Source of the DNA: an uncultured virus (IMG/VR IMGVR_UViG_3300035682_000022)
Taxonomy: Duplodnaviria; Heunggongvirae; Uroviricota; Caudoviricetes
Strand: one strand, 5' to 3'
DNA length: 20,000 bases
IMG/VR virus record: IMGVR_UViG_3300035682_000022
The translations under genes were made by a program, and so were the position numbers. Positions 8,865 to 16,700 of this stretch are shown piece after piece (position 1 is the first letter of the stretch; each line of letters begins with the position of its first letter). The notes beneath the pieces were generated by a model. That model did not search any database. It saw only the letters and a program-made list of their open reading frames with translations, and was not told where the DNA came from.

Positions 8865-9802
8865 GAGTTCTGCTATTAGAAAAAAATATCCCAATATAGC
8901 TCCACATGTAAACTTTGGTTCAGATAACAATCATAGAAATCATATACATGTTAGTTTTGGTCCACATAGAGCAGGAACTTTTATCACTCCAGAAATAGCT
9001 GCTGCAATAACTGGAATCTCGTCTTCTTCTGGTATGGCTAGCACAGTAGGCGCAGAGTCAATAGGTAAATTTAAAAAATCTTATAAGAACGATCAGCAGA
9101 CAGCATTGACCCGAGATGAGTTAATGCAGTTGATGATGATGAGTGGTTTTTATTCTGACGAAGTATCTGCGTTATTTGTTGGCATAGCAGAAAGGGAATC
9201 AAACTTTCGTCCTGGTTCAATAAATGGAGATAGAAGTACCGGAGATTTTTCTTTTGGATTTTTGCAAATGAACCTGCTGCCAGCAGCTCATGGAACTAAA
9301 ACTTTTAGACTAACTGTCCCAAGTGAAACAAATGTGTTGGGATTAAAACTTGCGTACAGCACAACCAATGACACTGATCCAGCTGTCTTAAGAACCAAAG
9401 TACAACAACTAGGAAGCTTGGAAACAACAGATGAAAGAATATTTATACCGTTAAATCAAGTCGGCATGTTATTAGTAGTAATAGATCAAAATCAAGCAAG
9501 AAAAATATATAAACGGAGGCAAACCATTAGATAGACATGTGTTCTATGCTTGGGGTGATTATAAGTTGGGGTTAAAAGATAATAATGGAAATCCACAATC
9601 AGTTATTGGTGCATTAGCTAAAGTCAAATATTCAACAATAAGGAAAGCATATGTTTCTAATACTGGTAAAACAGAAGAAACTTTAAAAGCTTGGATTATT
9701 AAAAATTTTAAAAACAAACCCGGAGAGTCTTATTTAAACAGTTGGTTCTCTGGAAATATAATAGCAAACAACGGAACAGAAACAAAGGATCCAAATTTCT
9801 AA
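7644..9802 (+). CDS. Virion-associated peptidoglycan hydrolase (M15/LAS Zn peptidase + SLT lytic transglycosylase), ~718 aa if two +1 frameshifts (~8850, ~9503) are corrected
   Basis: H-x6-D motif SDHAFGRGFD (8628-8657) is in the first frame, but the partner HIH motif (HRNHIHVSF, HIH at 8941-8949) is in the next frame, open from 8842 into the 9034 ORF. SLT motifs IAERESNF and SFGFLQMN are in that frame; the FYAWGDY segment is in the third frame, open from 9485. Confidence 0.72.
9034..9534 (+). CDS. Fragment 2 of tail lysin: SLT/lysozyme-like transglycosylase core (frame open from 8842)
   Basis: IAERESNFRPGSING (putative catalytic Glu at 9196) and GDFSFGFLQMN match SLT motifs I and II. No convincing RBS before ATG 9034. 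Confidence 0.65.
   Translation: MASTVGAESIGKFKKSYKNDQQTALTRDELMQLMMMSGFYSDEVSALFVGIAERESNFRPGSINGDRSTGDFSFGFLQMNLLPAAHGTKTFRLTVPSETNVLGLKLAYSTTNDTDPAVLRTKVQQLGSLETTDERIFIPLNQVGMLLVVIDQNQARKIYKRRQTIR
9539..9802 (+). CDS. Fragment 3 of tail lysin: probable C-terminal end of the SLT domain (frame open from 9485)
   Basis: VFYAWGDY resembles the W-x-x-Y end motif of phage SLT domains. Its TAA overlaps the next ATG (TAATG at 9800-9804). Confidence 0.5.
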   Translation: MFYAWGDYKLGLKDNNGNPQSVIGALAKVKYSTIRKAYVSNTGKTEETLKAWIIKNFKNKPGESYLNSWFSGNIIANNGTETKDPNF

Positions 9803-10167
9803 TGGCAATTAATTATCCTAAATTTGATCAAAAAATAAATGATCAAGTATCTTTAAATAAATTTCAAGATTCAAAAGCTAGACCTGGTACAATTATGGGT
9901 TATGACAGAACAAACAATACAGCAGTAGTTATGTTGGACGAAAAGTATTCAAACACTGTAGGTACCATGTTTTCAAAAGTCCCGTGCCCGTTCAGTTATG
10001 GCATACAAACTGTTGCCCCAACCCCAGGCACAAGGTGCTATGTGGCCTTTAGGGATGTCTCTGAGAAACAGCCTTATATAATGAATTATTTTATAGATGA
10101 AAATTCTATTTATAAGAACACTGTTAACAATGTTGTTGACACCGGAATACCAAAGTTTATGGCTTAA
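9802..10167 (+). CDS. Baseplate spike N-terminal OB-fold protein (P2 gpV/T4 gp5-N-like), 121 aa
   Basis: ATG 9802 (TAATG coupling) is a more plausible start than 9742. Pattern RPGTIMGYD..NTAVV..VPC..YGIQTVAPTPGTRCYVAF..QPYI is typical of spike OB folds; lies upstream of gp25/gpJ-like genes. Confidence 0.65.
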   Translation: MAINYPKFDQKINDQVSLNKFQDSKARPGTIMGYDRTNNTAVVMLDEKYSNTVGTMFSKVPCPFSYGIQTVAPTPGTRCYVAFRDVSEKQPYIMNYFIDENSIYKNTVNNVVDTGIPKFMA

Positions 10168-10169
10168 AT

Positions 10170-10856
10170 ATGATTAATGATTACGATCCAGAATTTACTT
10201 CAAATGATTTATTTGATGAAAGCTATGAAATTAAAAGAAGAAAAGAATTTTCAAATAGAGAAGTTGGAATAAACCATCCAGACAACAACTCTTTCTTAAG
10301 GGTAACAGACGCAGGTGAGATAGAGATATTTGCTTGTCCCGGCGTGGGAATAGTTATAAACTCTAACACTAGAAGTGTTTCTATATTTGCTGACAATATC
10401 AAGTTCTATTCCAGGGACGATGATGGCCTAAGGTGGAACGGAATGTCCTTCAACCCAGCTTCAGACATGTACAATGAACCTGCTCTAATTAAAACAAATT
10501 CATTCTCAAACAATCCAGCCTATCACAACGCTACTCATTTTCTAGATAATTTAGAGAATTTAGAGGATCCTGGTTTGAATATTCCCACTACTATAGATGG
10601 TAAGTATGGCTTTTCAGCTCCTAAAAACCCAGTTGAAGACAATGGTTCAAGCGCTGGAGAAATAATTATACCCAAAAATACACAGGATTTAATAGATTCC
10701 TATGCTAAAACAAATTCTGATAGCAAAGTTCAGTCTTTAATAATGTATATTAAAGGCGGATATTCTTTCAGTGAGGCTAAAAGTAAGATTGATTCAGAAG
10801 ATGGATCTATCAGCGATAACCTAGAAAACTTCCCCTGGATAAGAAACGATACATAA
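10170..10856 (+). CDS. Hypothetical structural protein, possibly spike beta-strand segment
   Basis: 228-aa ORF tightly packed between neighbours. Run of short alternating beta-strand-like segments EVGINHPD-NNSFLRVTD-AGEIEIFA-GVGIVIN-TRSVSIFADNIKF. Confidence 0.5.
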   Translation: MINDYDPEFTSNDLFDESYEIKRRKEFSNREVGINHPDNNSFLRVTDAGEIEIFACPGVGIVINSNTRSVSIFADNIKFYSRDDDGLRWNGMSFNPASDMYNEPALIKTNSFSNNPAYHNATHFLDNLENLEDPGLNIPTTIDGKYGFSAPKNPVEDNGSSAGEIIIPKNTQDLIDSYAKTNSDSKVQSLIMYIKGGYSFSEAKSKIDSEDGSISDNLENFPWIRNDT

Positions 10857-10857
10857 A

Positions 10858-11241
10858 ATGCCGGACCTATACTTTGATCTATCTGGAGATATAAAACTAA
10901 CTGGAAACAATGATTTAGCAGTAGTTGCAGACTCCGGACAGAAGAATGTTCAACAAATATATATAAGACTAATGACAGAAACGGGAGATTTTGCTTCCTA
11001 TCCCGAACTTGGTTGCGATCTCTCTGTACTATACGGAATGCCTCAGACTATGGTTACTGGAGAAATTGGCAAAAGAATGATTAGATCTGCCCTGGAAGAC
11101 CCAAGTAAGGGTGGAATTTTTAGGGGTGCGAACATAACAATTGAAGCAGTTCCAACATCTGCTAATTCAATTAGGTTCGATGTACACATATTAGACAACG
11201 CTAATCAACCAGTAACGCTATCCGTTACGCAAGATCTATAA
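10858..11241 (+). CDS. Baseplate wedge protein, gp25/gpW-like
   Basis: 127 aa; DLYFD..GD....NDLAVV....VQQIYIRLMTETGDFASYPELGCDL matches the gp25-family RL.T..G....P..G pattern; directly upstream of the gpJ-like gene. Confidence 0.8.
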   Translation: MPDLYFDLSGDIKLTGNNDLAVVADSGQKNVQQIYIRLMTETGDFASYPELGCDLSVLYGMPQTMVTGEIGKRMIRSALEDPSKGGIFRGANITIEAVPTSANSIRFDVHILDNANQPVTLSVTQDL

Positions 11242-11253
11242 TAAGGAGATAAG

Positions 11254-12411
11254 ATGCCCCTGGTATACAGTAAAAGTAAAGATCAAATCTTAACACAGAT
11301 CATACAGTCTCTGCAGAAGAATGCGGGGATTACCGCTACGCACCCTGGTGCCATAGCCAGAGCCTTTGCAGAGGCCTTAGCAGTCGAAATAGGGGACTTA
11401 TACGAGGCCCTAAGGTTTGCCATAGACCAAGCCAGTTTGTCAACAGCAAAGGGAAGGGCTCTTGATTTAATTGGCGAACTGTATTCAGTCAGAAGAAGAA
11501 CAATAGCATCCGAAGCAGAGCAGGATAGAGCTAGCTACAATATTCAGTTTTATATATCTTCACCCCAAGCGTCTGATATTTTAATACCAAAAAATACATT
11601 AATTTATAATGACGTAACATCCTTTTCCACTAAACAATATCAATATAAGCTTGTAGACGACGTCATAATATTAGCAGGAACCACCAGAGTATTTGGTAGG
11701 TTGATGGCCAATTTTGAGGGAAATGATTTTACAGCCTCTATAGGAACTTTGACCAAGCATAACTTTAACTCATCAGATGGAACATTAGTGTTTTGTTCAA
11801 ACCCCAAAGAGGTTTACTCCATGATGAACATGGAATCAGATGATCTTTATAGGCTCAGAATTAGTAGATCAATAAAAGAATCATCTTATGGAACCAATGA
11901 ATCAATGAGATTAAATGCCCTTGGAGTATCTGGAGTAAGAGATGTGAGAGTAAGAGAGTCTTCATACGGACTTGGTTCCTGTGATATTATAGTTGTTCCA
12001 GAAGCTCAAAGAATAGACGCAAGACTGGCTGATAACATTTTGGCTGCGTTGTCTTCAAAAAAGCCAGTAGGAATAAAATTAAATATAAGAATAGCAGATA
12101 GAGTTCCAGTTAACGTTGCAGTAAATGTAGTGCTGCCTTCGGGCTTAAGTCAGTCTGTTAGAACTTCTGTAGAAAATCAAGCTTCTTTGTTTGTCAAAAG
12201 ATATTTAAATTCCATGACCATAGGAAGTAGTTTATCTTTTGGTGATATAGAATCCCAGATAAGGACATCTTCAGATCTCATTAAGTCAGTTAACGTTCTT
12301 AGCGTAAGTGTCAATGGTCAAGAAATTCCAAAAGGGATATATAGAATAAATTCTGAAAGAGAGTACATGATTGCAGGGTCTGTATCGATATTTTCTGTTA
12401 TAATATCTTGA
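11254..12411 (+). CDS. Baseplate J-like protein (P2 gpJ/T4 gp6/Mu gp47 family)
   Basis: 385 aa; PGAIARAFAEA, STAKGRALDLIGELYSVRR, ILIPKNTLI, ESDDLYRLRI, GT..SM...ALGVSGVRDV, KPVGIKLNI. RBS AAGGAG at 11243-11248. Confidence 0.88.
   Translation: MPLVYSKSKDQILTQIIQSLQKNAGITATHPGAIARAFAEALAVEIGDLYEALRFAIDQASLSTAKGRALDLIGELYSVRRRTIASEAEQDRASYNIQFYISSPQASDILIPKNTLIYNDVTSFSTKQYQYKLVDDVIILAGTTRVFGRLMANFEGNDFTASIGTLTKHNFNSSDGTLVFCSNPKEVYSMMNMESDDLYRLRISRSIKESSYGTNESMRLNALGVSGVRDVRVRESSYGLGSCDIIVVPEAQRIDARLADNILAALSSKKPVGIKLNIRIADRVPVNVAVNVVLPSGLSQSVRTSVENQASLFVKRYLNSMTIGSSLSFGDIESQIRTSSDLIKSVNVLSVSVNGQEIPKGIYRINSEREYMIAGSVSIFSVIIS
12396..12404 (+). promoter_or_regulatory. Candidate extended -10 promoter (TGnTATAAT) for the metallophosphoesterase gene
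   Basis: TGTTATAAT at 12396-12404 in the last codons of the gpJ-like gene; RBS AAGGA at 12426-12430 and ATG at 12437 follow. No good -35 at 17-bp spacing. Confidence 0.5.
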
Positions 12412-12436
12412 TTAACTTTTATCAAAAGGAATTTTT

Positions 12437-13711
12437 ATGCCAGAAACAACCTATCTAGTAACACAGACTCAGATAGTCAAAGCCAAGAATAAAGGCAATG
12501 CAGAAGCTCTTGTAGGTGGGGATGATGATATTCCTGGTGCAGTTTTAGGAGAAAAAGTAGACTCTAGACAAATTGAAGAAAAAGAAGCAGCTCGCTACTT
12601 TACCGTTGTCAATACTCAACAGTTTGTTCCCGATTATGATCTGATGGAAGATGATGAGGATGAGCAGTCAATATTTTTGGAACTAGCGGTTCAACCATCA
12701 GTTAGCGTGCAGGCTAGCACTGTTGATTTCTTAAGATCAGAAAATAGAAGACTAGCAAGACTAATCGACAAATATAAGAATGTAAGAGATGAAGCATCTC
12801 ATGTGGTTTATCAAGCAGCTTTTGATGCATTTAACGAATTTGAACTGCCAAAGATACCAAAGCCGTCATTTCCAAAGTCTTTGTCAACATCAGAAACTGC
12901 AGTAGCCGTACTAGCAGACTGGCAGATGGGTAAAGTTACTCCAGATTATAATACAGAGGTCCTAGATAAAAGAATGGACCTCTACATGGATAAGCTGATT
13001 GAGATTACAAACATACAAAGAACTCACCATCCAGTTAAGAACCTTCACGTTTGGATACTGGGAGACATAGTAGAGGGTGAGGAAATCTTCCCAGGACAAA
13101 GCCACCTTATTGACTCTGGTATATATCGACAGGTTGGGGTTAATGGCCCAAAGATCCTGGGGAATTTCCTTAAAACTGCCCTTGAGCACTTCGAACACGT
13201 ACACGTTACTGCCGTAATAGGTAATCATGGTGCCGTAGGTGGACGCATGAGAAAGCAGCACGACCCAGAAACGAACATGGACAGACTGCTATATAAGATC
13301 TGTGAAATGATTTTTGAGTCTGAAGGAAGAATATCTTTCAATATTCCAGATGGAAAAGGCGAAAGAAACTGGTATGCAGTTGATTACATTGGCTCTTATG
13401 GAACATTATTAATTCATGGTGACCAAATGCCGTCACCAAGCGCCACTCACGGTTACTATAAGAAGGTAATGGGATGGAAAGACGGTGCTATTCCTGAACG
13501 TTTTGACGATGTATTTATGGGACATTACCATCAACAGGCTAAAATGACCCTTGGAAGTACTATATTAAGAGTCTCTGGTTCTCCAGAAAGCTATAATACA
13601 TATGCACAAGAATACTTCCATTCGATGAGTAGACCATGTCAACATTTAATGTTTGTCCATCCAGAAAATGGTGTTACTTCAGAATATTCAATTTGGTTAG
13701 ACGAAGTCTAG
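12437..13711 (+). CDS. Calcineurin-like metallophosphoesterase with N-terminal extension
   Basis: All five motifs in order: LADWQMG, LGDIVEG, IGNHG, IHGD, MGHYH. N-terminal ~150 aa has an acidic patch (EDDEDE) and a coiled-coil-like stretch (LRSENRRLARLIDKYK). Confidence 0.9.
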   Translation: MPETTYLVTQTQIVKAKNKGNAEALVGGDDDIPGAVLGEKVDSRQIEEKEAARYFTVVNTQQFVPDYDLMEDDEDEQSIFLELAVQPSVSVQASTVDFLRSENRRLARLIDKYKNVRDEASHVVYQAAFDAFNEFELPKIPKPSFPKSLSTSETAVAVLADWQMGKVTPDYNTEVLDKRMDLYMDKLIEITNIQRTHHPVKNLHVWILGDIVEGEEIFPGQSHLIDSGIYRQVGVNGPKILGNFLKTALEHFEHVHVTAVIGNHGAVGGRMRKQHDPETNMDRLLYKICEMIFESEGRISFNIPDGKGERNWYAVDYIGSYGTLLIHGDQMPSPSATHGYYKKVMGWKDGAIPERFDDVFMGHYHQQAKMTLGSTILRVSGSPESYNTYAQEYFHSMSRPCQHLMFVHPENGVTSEYSIWLDEV

Positions 13712-13726
13712 GAGAAATTTTATTAA

Positions 13727-16700
13727 ATGAAAACTTATTTTTTAGCTCTTAGGAATGAAGATTTCAACGTTAGTTCTAACGTATGGACTACTGACTCTAT
13801 AGACCTATATGCAAATAAGTTTTATACCAATTACTCAACGTATAGATCCCCTTATGGGCAGAATCTATTAGGGGACTATACATTTACTGGGACTGAAACT
13901 TTACCCAATGCAACTCCGTCCTTGCCTAATGCCACCGTTGTTACAAACTATGGAGAAATAGTTACTGACCAAGATGTTGGAGAGTATTACATATATAATT
14001 CCAGCGAAGAAGATGACGAATTCTCTTATTATGACCTAGTAAATGGAGCAACTCCATACAGGTTATTGACGCCAAGCTCACGTGTGATCTTTCAACGTTT
14101 TGTTGATATGTCTAGCCAAATAGATATAGTTGGTTTTAAGCATGCTTTTTCAAACCTTAAAGGAAATGAAAATCCAACCTTCTCGTTAAAGATAAAAACA
14201 AGCGCAGAACAAAGCGATAATGATTCCGACTGGAGACAGATATCAAATTCAAATGAAAATGTAACTGTTTTATTTTTACGAAATGTAAATAGATATAACA
14301 AATTTGAGATAACGTTTGACTCAGAAACAGATTTATCTGATTCAAATTTTTTGCTATTGGTTCAAATTAATATAGCAGAGACTGTAAGTCCGGTAATAAC
14401 TGATCATACTAGGAGTATGCTATCAAGGTTCCCTGGATGGACTAAAATATATCAAGATTCTTTAGAAAAATCTACTCCATTATTAGCCCTCCCAGAAACA
14501 AATGCTGGAAAGTTTTTGAATGCTGCATCAGGTGAATTTTTAGATCGAATTGATGGATTAATAACAAGGGTTGAGCTTGATTCTTTTATTGCTTCAGTTG
14601 ATCTAGAACAGGTTGATTGGCTCTATGTTAGTCAGCCAATTGAACCTGGATTTATTATGGTTAGAGGAGATAACATAGAACTAAGCAGACTATCTAGTTT
14701 TGATGAATTAGTTACATCTAAATTAGTTGACAATGTTTTCTTTTATAACTTTCTTACATTCCAATTATATACTTTAAAAAATTATACGACACTCTATACT
14801 GACAACACGTTAATAGGGCAGATACCTATTCAAAATTTTAATACTTTTGATGAATTTGGATTAAGAGTTGGGCTTCAAAGGTTATATCTTGAGTCAAATG
14901 AAAACTTTAAAAATAGAATATTAGATGTATACATTAATCCTCCTGATATATCTGCAAATGGACTCAAGAGAACACTTAGAAGAGAGCTAGATATTTGGAG
15001 AGCTTATGGAGCAACTCCTAACTCTCAATATCAGGGAGCTACTCCAGAGATTCTAGAGATTACTGACATACTAAATAGCTTGGTGTATTTTAATGAAGAG
15101 GGAAATCCAAAACAAGAGTTTTTTGATCTTGTAGAAGATTTGAATAAAAGGTTTCCTTCAAACTACGGTTACATCAAATGGGGAGAGGCATACTGGGATT
15201 ACGCCGGTGTACTTTCAGAGGGCGTATCTAGAATCCCTCAATATACTGACGCTACCCCAATGGCTACTCAAAACTATCAACCAGGAATTGGAGACTTTGA
15301 GGACGCAAGACTTGTTTTAGAAAAGCTTGATAAAAAAACAAAAGAATATTCATTTAGTCTAAGAGCTTATGGATATAAATATGATACTGTAACGACAGAT
15401 AACTACGAGCCAATTAAAGTTGCATACGACACATACCTGTCTTATAGTGAACCATACTACGATCACGACACTGCTACCATCAACTATGAGATTTATCTAA
15501 AATTAAATCAACATGGTTACATAGGCGCAGATAGAACTTTTAAGGCTAATTTAACAGACTATGTCAAAAATGCCTATGCTCCTGATTCATCATCTTCTCC
15601 GGAATATATAACAAAAGATATATTCGGCCCATCTGGGTTAACATCAAATCAAATTATTTTTTATTCTGTAGACACCGCAGCCACACCATATTTAAATACT
15701 ATAAGTCCTTCCGCTACTGAATCATACACTATAACTCAAATACCACTATATGCAGTTCAGCAGGCAACCATTAACTATATATCATCAAAGAACCCAAGTG
15801 GAGCAACTGGAGATTATGTCTGGGCATCTTTTTCATCTGGATCTATGGCAAACAATTCCTCTAAGGTTGTTGTAAAAAATTTTAGCAACCAAACTTATAG
15901 TGATGGTCAAATTAAGATAAATTCAAATATATACAGCGCTGCAAAAAATAGAATAGTACAAACTCAGAAGGTAAGATATTATGGGGATTACACCATAATC
16001 AACTACCCTTCTGTTGGGTCCAGCAAGAGTAACATAACAATGTCTATTACAGACGTCCTGAAGCACTTCAGTATGCCGACTAATGCAACTCCATTATATA
16101 TACATGTAGACAACGTCTTGGTAGGCTCTTATGAAAAAGCTCCAATATATGATTCTGCAAAGATATACGGTGGAATTTCTGTCAATAGAGATGAAAATGA
16201 ACCATACTACATACCTTCATCCCCAAACATAAACATATCTTTAATTGGAGCAACCATAGCTTCTCCATCTAGTCATGGAGATTACGATAACACTTCTGGT
16301 TCAACGGTCAATTATTTCTTTACGCAAACGAAAATACCATTTGCATCTACACCAAGTTCAATTGTAATTAGATCAAAAGACGGCGCAGTGTACCCGTTTG
16401 AATATCCTGTATGGGAAGAATTTAATGCGAATTCAATAGATCAATACAATTTTTTTATGTCTGAAAATGGAGTCGTTCACGCATCCCCTAATGTAAATCA
16501 AGACTTACTTGAGACTAAAAATTCAAATGTAATAGATTATTACACCATTCAAAGATCAGACTTTGGCTTAGGAGATTACGCCTCATCTCCAAATCTTTAC
16601 TTTACTTCTGTAGAAGCTATAAACGAGAATGATGACGTAACAATATGGACTGATTATAACTTTATAGAAAATGAAAAGACTGTCTATACAGATGATCTTG

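Noticed and set aside
8865..9033. Apparent 169-nt intergenic region (ncRNA, intron or regulatory element)
   Set aside because: It is an open frame encoding the HIH peptidase motif, continuous with the 9034 ORF.
8862..9534. Stop-codon reassignment as explanation for the fragmented lysin
   Set aside because: The fragments are in different frames, so recoding cannot join them; multi-kb ORFs are intact under the standard code and TAA, TAG and TGA all end genes.
9742..9801. Start at 9742 for the spike OB-fold ORF
   Set aside because: Would overlap the upstream gene by 61 nt; ATG 9802 in TAATG coupling is more plausible.
11237..11242. TATAAT before the gpJ-like gene
   Set aside because: Overlaps the upstream stop and abuts the RBS, with no TG extension or -35; expected by chance in AT-rich DNA.
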